Notes: a model not told the origin generated them from the letters alone. A DNA stretch of 62,737 nucleotides, filler included, from Sphacelaria rigidula (GCA_964200075.2; 10 parts of 10 records of this genome joined end to end with filler, not necessarily neighbours in it), one strand, 5' to 3'. Positions 1 through 12,588 are shown, numbered from the whole stretch's first letter. Made by a program: numbers and translations.

Positions 1-1
1 C

Positions 2-1270
2 CACATGCATATCAGGAGAATCTGCCAGATCCCCAGCAAGAAAGGTATACCCAACTCCGGTTGGTGGAGAAGGCTCCATTACAGTCGCTGCTGAAGGTGC
101 ACTCGATTGCTGGACATTGGTGTACATAGGTACTGTAGTTGACGTGGGAGTTGCAGTAGCTGTGTTCGCCTGACTGACAGGTCCATGATTTTGTATGTTT
201 TGATGGTTATTATTGTTACCACGATTACGGTTATTACTGTTGTTCCGATTGTTACCGTGTCGATTATTACTATTGTATCCAGAGCTACCACGAGCGTTTC
301 CAATGTTCATCTGATTTTTACACTCTGTGTTATCATGTTCATTTGTTTTGTGAAGGCTACACCACTTCACCTGTCTGCCGTTGCGCTGCTTCATATATCT
401 GCAGTTACGAGAGATGTGGCCCGGTTTCCCGCAATTAAAACATTTATTGTGAGATAAGGTGGAATTTGAATATGAATCGAGTGGTGATGATGCATACATA
501 GCACTCTCTCTTCCTACCGGCTTTCTCGCAGATTTGCCACGAGCTAAACGATTTACATATGAATTCCTCATCGTGGACTCGATTTGTGACAGGCTCAAAT
601 CAGGATCTCGTTCAGCGTCGTATTTGATTTGACTGTAATCATCAGCTAGTCCTTCGATTATTATATCTGTTAATCGTTCATCACTGACGCTCTCATTCAT
701 ATTATTTAATTCGTCTTTGATTTGATATATATTTGAGAGGAATACATCCGGGTCTTCACCCTGCGACATGGTTAAATTGTCCAACTGTCTCATCAGAATT
801 CTACGTCTTTGTTTTGAAGAATTCTGATACTTGGCAATCAAGCCATCCCAAACTTTCTTACCGTCGGCAGTCGCTGAACCCTGTGGTTCAAACCGTAGCA
901 TAAAACTGTTTGCAGGTCCGGTTGTAGTGAGATAAAGTATATTGAATAACTGTTCATTCGCACGATCGTATAGGATTATTTCATCCTCATTACTAACTCT
1001 TCCACTACTACTAGTCTCGCCTTCCTCTGAAGTAACGTCCTGTACTTGAGAACGTGTTACTACCGGGTCTGACCTAGTCGTGGTTCTTCCACGAATATTC
1101 TCATAAATTTCGGTGGGGCGGGTTTTACCGTTCAAAACTTCCGAAATATTGGGATGTGTCAGAGATAAAACGGCTTTAGTTTTGCGCTTCCACTTCAAAA
1201 AATTCACCCCATCAAATTTACTGATACTTTTGATGACTTGTGTAACAGACGGCTCTCCAGTTGAATTCAT
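2..1270 (-). CDS. gag: Ty1/Copia gag (5' part of gag-pol), open to the contig end
   Basis: Manual translation from ATG at 1270 (MNSTGEPSVTQVIKSISKFDGVNFLKWKRK...ANEQLFNILYLTTTGPA...DGKKVWDGLIAKY...) has no stop down to base 2. It contains the zinc knuckle CFNCGKPGHISRNC and a second motif WCSLHKTNEHDNTEC. It is absent from the ORF track because no stop is reached. Confidence 0.9.
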   Translation of the reverse strand, partial: MNSTGEPSVTQVIKSISKFDGVNFLKWKRKTKAVLSLTHPNISEVLNGKTRPTEIYENIRGRTTTRSDPVVTRSQVQDVTSEEGETSSSGRVSNEDEIILYDRANEQLFNILYLTTTGPANSFMLRFEPQGSATADGKKVWDGLIAKYQNSSKQRRRILMRQLDNLTMSQGEDPDVFLSNIYQIKDELNNMNESVSDERLTDIIIEGLADDYSQIKYDAERDPDLSLSQIESTMRNSYVNRLARGKSARKPVGRESAMYASSPLDSYSNSTLSHNKCFNCGKPGHISRNCRYMKQRNGRQVKWCSLHKTNEHDNTECKNQMNIGNARGSSGYNSNNRHGNNRNNSNNRNRGNNNNHQNIQNHGPVSQANTATATPTSTTVPMYTNVQQSSAPSAATVMEPSPPTGVGYTFLAGDLADSPDMHV

Positions 1271-1529
1271 CTGTTACTCTAGTCTGTGTTAAACCTCGCA
1301 CAGCGTAACTTCTTTACCTCGAATGTCTTCACAAGTCCTCGCTCCTGGACGGGACGACCACTCTTGATCGGGACGACGGGACGACCACGCTTGACCACAC
1401 TGCAGACGCTCCTGGCTTCAGAAGTAGTGCCTTGCTGCAGAAGTGATGGACCGACTCCGATGTGACGTCCTGTACAGTGGTGCTAAAGACTTACAGTACA
1501 GTACTGACTGCGTAGAAAGGCTCAAAACC

Positions 1530-1845
1530 TGTTAAAAGTATGGCTCTGGCTTGTGTATCACACACAACGCTCGACTGTCAATTCGACAGGAACACAGTTC
1601 ACCAAGTGAACTCAGCTCTAACAAGAGAGCTGGCAGAGGCCGCACAGTGTTGTTAAACACTTGTTTGTGCAATGAAAGAAAGTCAGATGTTTTGAGGTTG
1701 GCGCTTTATTTGGCCGAACAAACACAATAAAACACTTGGTTCTTATTAACGCAGAAACCAATAACAAGCTGATAGGCTTGATTGAGTAGAGAAAAATGGA
1801 GAGTGACCACGAGGGTGCATCTCAGAAAACGGTGCTATCTCAACC
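1530..1845 (-). mobile_element. 5' LTR of the Copia element, followed by PBS (1519-1529)
   Basis: On the minus strand the LTR ends ...TTTTAACA directly followed by GGTTTTGAGCC, close to the Copia half-tRNAiMet PBS GGTTATGGGCCC. AATAAA lies at 1705-1710 (minus). The outer end reads GGTTGAG instead of TGTTGAG, so that boundary is approximate. Confidence 0.7.
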
Positions 1846-2149
1846 AAACCTTCCGTACTACAAACTGTACGACCTGAACTCTATGACCATGCACTCTACA
1901 TCCATAAACCCTTGGTACTGTAGACTCCTCGACTCAAGCTTTTCACTATTCTGACATAAACAGTCCGACCTATCCATTCGTCAATCCTGCATAACCGTAC
2001 AGTCAAAACCCCTTCATACTGTCTGTACTACGTTCTACGTATGTTGCTGTTCATGCTGAACCGTAACGTAATCTCCCGCTAAAGTTGTATGTATCCATGA
2101 AATAGATTTCCTTCCAACATGAACTGCTGAATCGACTGCTGCATCTTTG

Positions 2150-2460
2150 CTAAATTGGTGCAACACTTTGGGGGTGCCGCGTGTGTGGGTGAGTGATACC
2201 CCCACGCAGCTCAATAATGCGATATTGACCTGACTGCGAGAGGCTTTGCACGTTGATGACCAGTTTGCGGTGGCGTATTCTCCGTGATGTAACGGTACGT
2301 GCGACCGCATGGTCAAGGAAGTAGTTCGTGCTCTTCGCTCTATTATTCTCGAGCAGCGTGGAGCGGTTCCCGAATGGGTGGACGTGTTGCCTGCGATGCA
2401 ATGGGCGCTCAATACAGCGTCTCGTCGTCGGTACGATAGTACTACTAGAAAGCCTCATGC
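2150..2460 (+). pseudogene. Gypsy integrase core remnant
   Basis: Reads VPRVWVSDTPTQLNN...FAVAYSP*CNGTCDRMVKEVVRALRSIILEQRGAVPEWVDVLPAMQWALNTA, the rve SD...NG.ER...W...LP...WA.N pattern with in-frame stops. Confidence 0.8.
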
Positions 2461-4634
2461 ATCGGGTGCGTTGTCGCGGGAAGTTGTAGGCCTGCCATGG
2501 CCAGTTGAGACCAGGTATCATTTATGTAATTAATTCACCAATAATTGCCCACTCACACACACACACATACCGAAAACCACCACTGAACCAGAACCAACAC
2601 ACCACGAAAACCACTGAATCAAGTGGGGCGGTCATTCCTGGGGGAAACGCTCATACAAAATGACATGTCATAACCCCATATTTTCGGCACGCGAACAGGC
2701 GTGTGCCCCCAGTATTTGTACTGCAAGCACCACATCGGGTATACCTCAAATAACAGGACTAGTCTCTTATTCGTACTTTCCCTGTATGTCATGACCCAAT
2801 CTCGATATCTATTTCCCCTGTATCCAGGCAGATCCTGGAGCGTAAGTATAATCGATTAGCCTCCCTGTTTACGGCTCTAGGACTGATAGTTTATCCTGAA
2901 TACGTAGTGCCTCATTCTAAAAACGGGAAAATCTTTCATCATGTTCTTTAGGACATGAATCCAACACCATATTACCAAGAACTGAAGAAGAAAACCCGAT
3001 CCCGTCAGGAAAAAACCTTTCCAGCCACGCACAGACGTCGCAAACTCGTCTACTGTAGCAATCGAAAGCTCAAATCCTGAATACATTCAGTTCTTCGTAA
3101 CCTATCCATGCTCCATTTCAACAATTGTTTGTGTCAGTCAGCACATAACAAATATATATATATACGTGTATCAATCTCAATCATTTCCAGTTCCCAAATC
3201 TTCCTTGGAACAACCAAAAAATCACACATGAATGTGCAGTGGACACCCTTTTCCACAATCCTCAGTTACCACGATGACATTCGAGAAACACACTCAACCT
3301 TCCAATACTCGGAATATGTCAAAAACGTACTATTCTCATGGTAACAAGATGCTGTTGTCTATGTGAAATTCGATTCAACATACCGTCTACAACACGGTCT
3401 ACATCAGGCAAGTGTCTACAGTCAACATGTCCAGTGACCGAAATATCATTCCACTGAACAATAGCATGAATCCTCGAAATAGTATGCAAAAAATAAACAT
3501 TGCAAAATGAAAACTTGCAGTAGTGGTGCGTGTACCACTTCTCCTCGAGTTCGAGAACAAAATTCGAAATCGAATCGAATCAATTCAAGTTCAAATCGCT
3601 AAAACTATAGGTATGCTCGAATAAAAAAATATATAGGATTTCCCATCTGTCCCAACATAAGAACACAATACCTGCTCCTGTTTGTACCACTGTGTCCTAG
3701 AAAAATAACATTAGCCTCCCTGATGTCGACCATCTATCAACTGCCTAGAATAGTTGATATAACCCACATCAGTGAAAACTTGCAAGCTTGGATCCTTTTA
3801 TATCAGAACACGAAAAAATCTCTTTCGAACCTCGTTCACTTCATAGACCCTAGAATACCCAGAGAAAATTAACAGCACATTCGATCATTTCACAACGACT
3901 TGTACTCCTTATATCCTATCAGGGAGAAGCTCAGAACATAAAACCAAACTCTGTAAGCACTGAAAATATTGTAACCAAAATTAGCGGTTGATCAGTCCAT
4001 TTATTTTCGAATTACTGATCTTTGATGCACATTTCGCTCGTCATCCGGCCCGATAAATTCCCAAAATCGTCAAACTCATCGTCCCACCCTTGGAATATTT
4101 TTTTTTTCACAAAGCAATCAATCCCTGTATACCAAAGTCCAAGTGCATGCAAATAAGTCAAACTAGGAGTTACTCTGCATAAACAGAACTATCACCCCAA
4201 ACATATCGAGACAGATATTACTCCTTGAATAAACGCCACACCATGGAGAGAACACAACATAAATTACTTCGTATTAAAACGCCCCCCCCGATTCAATATT
4301 ACATATTGATTTGCAGGGAGTATTGCTTTCAGGTTCCACATGAGAACATAACATCGATGACCCCAAAGTCAGTTCTCGTGAGTATCCTGGTGCATAGTCA
4401 GTCCCGCATGTTGAACGGCGGGTGGATAGTCAATTGTTTAGTGACACCCAAGACTAAAAACCGTTCCACTCTCGGATTTATACTCGAGGTTGAATCCATG
4501 CCATGTTCTTTCCACAATTGAAAATGCCCAACCCAAAATCCAGAGCAGGCGAATCAATCTGTCAAAAATGTTTTAGCGCGGATCGCAAAATATCAAATTC
4601 CCTTTCGAAATCCATGACCGACGGATCAAATCAT

Positions 4635-4752
4635 CCAAAATACCCCGCCGTGGATCACCCCATCACATGATTTTTCTCCCAAAATACTCCGCTGTGGATA
4701 ACCTCATCACATGATTTTTTTCCCAAAATACTCCGCTGTGCCACATGAGTTT
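4635..4752. repeat. ~44-bp tandem repeat, about 2.5 copies
   Basis: The unit CCAAAATAC(C/T)CCGC(C/T)GTGGAT..CC.CATCACATGATTTTT recurs consecutively. Confidence 0.8.
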
Positions 4753-6184
4753 TCTTCGTAATTACCCGAAAAGAGAATCGTGGAAGGAAACAGTCAACTC
4801 CCCCCCCATCATTTTCTTTCTCGATAATTTCAAAATTCTTGCAATCATGTGGAGGATCGAGTTAAAAAAAAATCATAACCAAAGTACGGTAGTACTTCGT
4901 CGGGCGTAGGGAACAAAAACTAGAACAATCAAACAAAACATGCAACCACGGGGTGTTTCACATGGTTGACATGTCACGTTGCTGCGAACAATAAGATGAA
5001 AGTATTCCGAATCAAATCCAAACTCCTAAAGAAACCAAATGAAAAAAACCTAAATGCCAAAGCGTGTTTGGTTCCTGCCCTGGCTCCTGCTAAGTCCCCC
5101 AAGCGGCTGAGTTGTCGTCGCCCAGACCGCGGTCGCTGTTTTCGGTTTGGTTCTTGCGGTATCACGGTCCGGGCTTCGCCATTTTTGTGCACACCCGCCT
5201 GGGTTCGAAAGCAGTTGCCTCGCCATAGAGAGTAGCTCGCAGCACCGGGGGCAAGGCACGCGTGCGGTAGAAAACAATCGCAGAAATAAGTCGTCCGTTG
5301 TATTTCATGCAAAAAATCGAAAAATATTCGAGAACATCGTACGTGCGTCATATCAAAGATGGAAACTCCTCCCCTATAAACCCATGTTCTTTTATCCGAA
5401 AGGTGTAGACTGGCGTCCAGAGTGGATGGGACGACAACTCACACACGCAGTAGTACTATATTTTTGCTGGCTCGCCGGACATAAATCAATTCAACTGCAC
5501 CCAATGTAAATCACACAAGCTCGTCAAGCTGTAGTATGCTGTGAATCAGTAGTTTTGATTAACCAGGGAAAACATGGAAATTTCAAACAGTACATGCTTG
5601 CTCAACGTGTTTCCTATGAATGACATGCTTGTATGCGGGGAACCATGTTCGCTCTACAAACAGTAAATGCATAAGGCTTCCCAAAGTATACCTATGAATC
5701 CAAGATTGATCAGCATGCTCAACAAACTATCTGTAGAAACGAAAAAACAAAAATCATGCATTGGCCCGCATTTGCCCGCAGGATGAGAAATGTACCGTTA
5801 TTGCAGGGCATGATACTTTGATCATACGTCAATACACAGCAGACTGTAATGCAGTACGGTCTACAAGCAGTGATCAGCCTGGAGAAAAGTACACGGATGG
5901 CAGTTGAATATGAGATATTGCTACGTGAAATCATTCATAACACTTCGCAATTCCGTTTCTGCTTGCAGTCAGCGCGCTTAACGTCCTCGATTAGCGTCCA
6001 ATGCCCGACAACATGAAAACAACTGCATCTCATATCACTAGCCAATGTGATTTTACCCTCCTGTACTCTACATTACCGTCAGTTGAAATCCTGACTGTCA
6101 ATCCATGCATTTCGGAACACAAAACAGTGTTTTCGTGAGATTGAGAGTAGATGATACGATTGAGAGTGAAAAGCGGTCAATCAG

Positions 6185-6284
6185 NNNNNNNNNNNNNNNN
6201 NNNNNNNNNNNNNNNNNNNNNNNNNNNNTTAATTAATTAANNNNNNNNNNNNNNNNNNNNNNNNNNNNNNNNNNNNNNNNNNNN
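6185..6284. other. Artificial contig spacer N44-TTAATTAATTAA-N44. Same spacer at 12469, 18753, 25037, 31321, 37605, 43889, 50172 and 56455.
   Basis: Nine identical 100-nt spacers. TTAATTAATTAA gives stops in all six frames. Intervening segments are 6184 or 6183 bp. Confidence 0.97.
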
Positions 6285-8101
6285 GTACCTGGGTTGTAAC
6301 GCTGAAATGAGTGATACGGATTCATTCATCACGAGTCAACTTATTATCCTAAAACCAAGTAATTTCCTGACGAATCAGTATTTGTCCTAACCGTGATAAC
6401 AAGTAATTTCAACAGACAGAATGACACAAGGATACGCTTGCACTCTTCACCCTCCTTTCTCAATCTCCGATCAAGAGATTTTCTGTGGAACAGCTGGGAA
6501 GAAATCTGGGAACGCGCCCCGTTGTGTACAGTACACGTCTGTTCGGGTCTATAGCTCGAGTCCCTGCTATCCGAGTGCCCCCCCTTCCCCTTCCCCCTTT
6601 CGCCGGAAACAGTTCGTGCCGTTGCAGCAAATGTAGGGAATGACCTTCATTTAGTTAAACTTGGCGTCAATGCATCAGGTATAGAGAATGACCTCCAATT
6701 AGTTAAAACCTGACCTCAGTAGCAAATGTAGAGGAGTACAGTACCGTATGTACACCAGAAAACGTTTCCTCGCACAGTACGTTCCCTCGTCCGGCGGACA
6801 AGCGGTGAATCATGCCTCTGTCTCAATAAAAGGCGTGTGTTAATAGGCTGGCTTCGCGTATGACCGGCACGGCGAGTTTCGACCAGCGTGACTGGTTGCG
6901 CGAACGATTGCTCCGCAAAATGAGCAAAAGTCGCCTCGTAAGGCCTACAGCGACGCCAGCATGCTGTTTTGCCCGTCAAGTTCGCTCATCTGGCGGTCCC
7001 TCTCGCTGCGCCGAGTCGGGCTGCAATACTGTACTGTAAAGAAGGGTAAATCCACGGATAATAATGAGAAACAGCTCCCCCAATTGTGCAGACAGCTCTT
7101 TGTTCAGGGTGTGGAGATCTCGCGTCTCGCACCACCGGACTACAGTCAGTACAGCAACAGCAAGTACTCGTAGCGTCTCCAGTCTGTGTTCAGTTTGCTG
7201 CAAAAATCGGTGGTGACTGTACTTGTGTACATGCCAGCAAGGTACACTCTAGCAGCATGCATAGGAACATTCCGGCGATTGAAGAAATCATAATGAACAT
7301 CCTGTCGGCATAGATTCTTGTGTGGGGGATGGAAATATAGGCCTGGCCTCCTTCGATTCCCTTCCCTCAAGCATATCGTGTCCCAACAGCCGTAGATGTA
7401 GCGGAACATTTTAGAGCGAGCAGAATTCAGAAGCTGGTACTGCACGAGCATAATTTTCGGGCTGAAGGGATTCGGTCGAACACTGAAGAGGGTGTGCCCA
7501 AAAACGAAGCACGTGACCAGCACATAATTAACCGAAAATTATATCCAACACCACTAAGAACAAGGCAGACACCTTCCAGCTCCACTATGTATGCATCTCA
7601 CTCTGATACCTAGCCCCAGCCAACATCGGCTCGGGGCTGTACGGGTGTACCGTACGGTACCGCTCTCCGTCTGCTGTAATGTAGCTCTTCGTACTGCACT
7701 CTGATTCGTGTCTGCAATTTGGAACAATTGACACTACCTTCCAAAGTGCGTTGCACACTGGAAACGCTGGACTTACCAAGAAGTACTACCGTGGCATTCT
7801 TGCTGTACAACCCCAGCGTGGAAAGAAGCCTCAGAGTCAGCTCCCGCAGCCATGCAAACATGGCATCGTCCGGTGTTCGGTTGTGTACTGCCTGCGATAC
7901 TTCGGAACTGTGTTTTTATTTACCACCCCCTCGAATGAAATGAAGTGAACTGAAACTCACGAGCTCGGTAAGGGTTAAGGCAAGACCTGTTGGGATAGAG
8001 ATCAATTAAAATATCTTCAACTACTGATGAAGAGATGCTTGGAGCGAGTCCACCATTCAGAGTGCGTATATGTCGAGATAAGTAATGAATAACAACCTCC
8101 A

Positions 8102-8450
8102 GGGGCGTATCAGGGTACTATTGTATCAACTCCTGGGCTGTAAAAACACGATTATCATTTTCCAAAGGTGGCTTGGAATAGGGGAATGGTCTAGAGAAGG
8201 TATAGCTCCTCGTTTTTGCCTAAGAACGGTACGAAAAATGGCCAGAACCGCGAAAATAGCCAAGCGCGCCATTTTGACCGTTTTCACCCTGGAATTTTCA
8301 CGCACATCATTCGGGGGGGCGTTCGAAAAAACAGGGGGGGGGGAAACATGTTACTCGAGAGATATGGCCACGCGAAACACGCATCTTGCCTCCAGAAACC
8401 GCCTACCTTTTGTTGGCCAAATTTCGCCCAGGTATTATACCTGATATAGG
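8102..8450. mobile_element. Putative non-autonomous DNA transposon (MITE)
   Basis: Imperfect inverted ends TATCAGG...CCTGGGC / GCCCAGG...CCTGATA and no coding capacity. Confidence 0.4.
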
Positions 8451-8734
8451 AATTCTTCTTCAATCGTACCTTATCTGGGCCACCGATCGGCCGAGAACGT
8501 ACCTGTGCTAGGTCATCGCTCTCTGCGCTGTACCTGATGCGGCAGATCGCGCGCAAGGGAGTCTACGCGCCAACTTCAAACCGTGGCGCCCACACATTCG
8601 GTTCTTTTCCCGCTCATTTGCCGTTCACGGACGCCACAACGACCACGCCCCTTTGTCCTTGGAAATGGTTCCCGAGTCTCTCCGCATCGACATAAAAACG
8701 TGGACTGACAACTCACAGCGCGTCGGTCTCTTGT

Positions 8735-9272
8735 AAGCTTTTGCTTTTTATGCGCGCATGCATATAATTTCGCATAGCACAGAGTTTTGCGCATAAGCAT
8801 ATGCGAACATATCTTTTTGGAGATTTCAGCATAATAACAAGGGCAAAAAACTAAGTTTTACGCATAACTCGGCGCATGTAATTACTCCAACGTGATTATG
8901 TACCCCATGTCCAGTAGCTAGTAGCTGCCCACGGGTGCTCCATGTGGCGTGGTTCGTTGAGTAGCAGTGGCGTTTTTGTTCGTGATTTCGTATTTCGAAC
9001 TTCGTTGCGGGTCTGATATCGGTTATGGTGCTGTAGTATCTGAGCTACTTTATGTTCATGTGAAACTGATTTAAAAGAAAGTGTGTCATATTTAATATCA
9101 GACAGAGGAACCCGCGAGGAACCGCCTCAATCAAGAAGGACGCGAAAAAGGCGCATAAGTCGCGCATATTTCACCATAAAACGCATAAATCGGCGCATAA
9201 TGCTTAAGTTTGAACATTAAAAAAATGGGAAAACTCGCGCATACAAAAAAACCGCATAAGAAGCAGAAGTCT
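8735..9272. mobile_element. Non-autonomous DNA transposon with CGCATA subterminal repeats
   Basis: Left end AGCTTTTGCTTTTTATGCG is the imperfect inverse of right end CGCATAAGAAGCAGAAGTCT. Many CGCATA motifs cluster near both ends. Confidence 0.6.
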
Positions 9273-9547
9273 AGCCTTTTGTGATGCGGCGGGTTATGAA
9301 ACATCACCCGTCCGTTGCGATCTCGGGGCTGGTGTCAGGGTCAAGCTAGGTTCTTCCGTCACCAACGGGCGGTTGTCGCACCATCGATGGTTGGTTCGAG
9401 CAACGGATACAGTACTGGTGGTCACGCACACCCCACCGAGCCCGCGTGAATCGTCCTTGGGAGTACTTCAAACTGCTCAATTAACCCGAACATCACGACA
9501 CCCATCTTCTTCCCTCCTTTGCTGCTACGATAGTAATATGTAGCCAA

Positions 9548-9991
9548 CACGGGATTTCACAAATTGGGGTTGGATCTTTCATTGGGAATAAAAACCTGGA
9601 TGATGAAAATCTTCGTATACACTCCAAATCCTCGAAATATGGTTCCATTTTTTCACCTACTTATCACTTATGACAACTGCTACACGTCATACAATTTTGG
9701 ATGCCGTTAACCGAAATGTTGGGGGTTCTACGTAAAAAAAATAATTTTGGGGAATTTGGGGTGTCCGAACGGACGCCAAAATGGTTCTGAAATTGTTTTT
9801 TCGCCTAGGATCGCAACATTTTGGTGATCGAAATCCAAATTTCCATGGCGTGTGGCAGTTGTCAATAGCTATCATTATTAGATGAAAAAATGGAACCATA
9901 TTTCGAAGATTTGGTGTGGACACGAAGGTTTTCATTCTCCGCGTTTCTCATCCCCAATAAAAGATACATCTCCAATTTGTAAGATCCCGTG
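9548..9991. mobile_element. Foldback MITE, CACGGGAT family, copy 1
   Basis: Ends are CACGGGATTTCACAAATTGG and CCAATTTGTAAGATCCCGTG. The element is palindromic over most of its length and homologous to 26723-27160. Confidence 0.88.
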
Positions 9992-11317
9992 TTAGTAGCG
10001 GCTGGACCGCCTAAGGAGCTCACTTTACTTCAGCTCGTTCGAACTGACGATACATCGCGAGTTGTGCCAGTAGGGATAACCGGCGTTGGGCTACAATTGT
10101 CCATGGCTGATATCACTTGAGTAGAGTTTGCACAACGAGAGTCGAATTTCAAGTACGGCTGATAGTCCCGTGTGCTCCGCGTGTGCGCAGAACGCGTCTT
10201 CGTCGAAATCGGCGCCACAGGAGCCGATTTGGGGTCTGCAAAGGCCGCCCTTTGCCAAGTAAATGCTATGTACCGCCCTTGCCCGAGCGTTTCGGTTTGC
10301 GCTGGGTTGAGGTTAGGGTTTTAGGGGTAGGGGTAGGGGTAGTGATACTTGTAAATTGTGTCAACCATGAACATTTGTAGTCCAACTCCGGTTAACTAGC
10401 CCACAACTATGACACATCGTGGTCATCGGCAAATAAGTGCTCGTCTTCAAATCCACGTAGCACTCCGATCTAACAAGGTCTAATCCAACGAAATACCAAC
10501 CTGTAGAGTAGTCCTACCTTTATGCAGCTTTCAATCAGAAGACATATATTTGGCGGACACAATCCGAGTTTCTCGCTAGGTGTTGGTGATTGCTGTGCAC
10601 GTGTTCCGCTAGTGTTATCGTTGGGCGCATGTGTACTGTAGTGTCACGAATCGGTGATGAAGGCCTAGAGGAAAAGGGATGCCAGTCTGTGGGCACCTGA
10701 GCATCTTCAGGCGCATGTATATTTGGGTACCATCGATTCGTACCGACTTCGAGGTACGCACATCATGCTCAGCAGCGAAGAAGCTGCGGATTGTCACGCA
10801 GGTGCTGAAGCACATCGGCTGCATACGATGCAGGCTTACTTTAGAAGAAGACCAGAGACACCTCTGATCATGCAGTCCTGGAGACGGCGTAGGTGCCCCT
10901 TTTATATCGACGAACAGGCTAAGTGCTGCTGTGCTCGTTGAGATCAGTCCTAAAAGCTCTGTGAACACATCAGGATTACCAGACGGATACCAAGCATGAT
11001 AGATAAAGTATGACACATAGTTTATCTGTAACATCCCCCCAGCCTTATCTATAAGGCTACACAAAACTTATACAAGGGCTGGAAGGGCCGCAACAGAAAC
11101 AAAGCCTGTGCGTCATACGCCTGAAGGCAAAACGAGAAAAACCTGCAAAACTACAGTGCAGGGGAAAACTCGTTGCGGATGTCATGGATAGCCAAACTCT
11201 GTGAAGCAGGGGAAAACCCTATCCGTTAGGGAAGGAAAAAAACTATAGCGCCCCTTTCCAACGACAGGAACAGCAAACAAGTACGGTCGCTGTCGTTTTT
11301 CCGGGATCTCGATTAGA

Positions 11318-11625
11318 CTGCACACGCAGCCATTTGGCTAAACCCCAAAATACCTCCGGGCCATTTGGCTAAACCCCAATATTCCTCCGGAGGGATGCGC
11401 GACCCTCCAGGGAGTAAACAAGCCTCCGGAGACCTTCAATCCCTCTGGGGGAAACTAAACTATACCGACCCAGAGGGCCGCGCACCCCTCCGGAGGAATT
11501 TGGGGTATGCGCGGCCCTCCAGAGGCAAAAATAAACCTCCTGAGGCGTTTAATTCCTCTGGAGGCTCGAAAAGTTCAACCACCTGGAGGAGTTTTGAAGG
11601 TAGCCAAATGGCCGCGTGTGTGGAG
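11318..11625. mobile_element. MITE, possibly Tc1/mariner-derived
   Basis: TIR CACACGCAGCCATTTGGCTA / TAGCCAAATGGCCGCGTGTG, with TA after the right end and internal CCTCCGGAGG-like motifs. Confidence 0.7.
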
Positions 11626-11890
11626 TACGATTGGCTAGTTAGCTTAACCGCGCGTCGACACCCCGGATCAGTTATACACTGGATTCCGGGGTAGTGCGGG
11701 GCTTGAACGACACCCAACGTTGGTTGTGTTTGCTAAAAACAACCTTCCCACGAACTGATCAATACTTGAAGGAGTGCAGCCTCTATGAGGGATGCTCTTC
11801 CATAACCACTGACGCCTACACTACTGGGAATAGAGCCCACGCGCCTTGGCTCACACATGTACCCGTATGTTACAAGATGGGGAACAATAT

Positions 11891-12468
11891 ATACAAAGCG
11901 ACAAAGAAAAGAGAGGAGCATCCGGAATTCATGAGCGAAACGTACTGTACCAGCGGTATATAGCTGTTTAGTACCTTATTCCATTGCCGCATTCCTCTCG
12001 CAATGATATAATTTACCACATCACTCAATTGTTACAGATATATTGGTCATGTTCCAGTCGACTGAGTTCCATTTGTCATACTTTGTCATGCTTGGTACCT
12101 GATGGGTCATACTACATTGTGTTATTGGATTGACTCGGCGGCCCTCTTGGGTCACAGCGGTTTTGGACCATGCATCTCAACTAGCAAAGCACAAGTTAGC
12201 CTGTACGCCAATAATACAAGAGCATCTACGCCATCAAGGACTGCTATTTCAACGGATTCTCTGGAGCAAAAAATACAAAGCGACAAAAGAAAAGAGAGGA
12301 ACATCCGGAATTCATGAGCGAAACGTACGGTACCAGCGGTATATAGCTATTTAGTACCTTATTCCATTACCGCATTCCTCTCGCAATGATATAATTTACC
12401 ACATCACTCAATTGTTACAGATATATTGGTCATGTTCCAGTCGACTGAGTTCCATTTGTCATACTTTG
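11891..12468. repeat. Near-identical ~195-bp direct repeat (11891-12085 and 12273-12468), period 382 bp
   Basis: ATACAAAGCGACAAA...CCATTTGTCATACTTTG occurs twice with only a few differences. The second copy runs into the contig end. Confidence 0.9.
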
Positions 12469-12588
12469 NNNNNNNNNNNNNNNNNNNNNNNNNNNNNNNN
12501 NNNNNNNNNNNNTTAATTAATTAANNNNNNNNNNNNNNNNNNNNNNNNNNNNNNNNNNNNNNNNNNNNCTCCTCTCCTCCACCCCTCC

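Noticed and set aside
6229..6240. TTAATTAATTAA repeated at regular ~6.28-kb spacing
   Set aside because: Assembly linker inside N runs, not a biological repeat or array.
7340..7610. Frame with LRR-like IQKLVLHEHNFRAEGI
   Set aside because: A single weak match with no repeats and no clear splice context.
10304..10342. Telomere-like GGGTTGAGGTTAGGGTTTTAGGGGTAGGGG
   Set aside because: Short, degenerate and internal to the contig. More likely a microsatellite within a repeat element.
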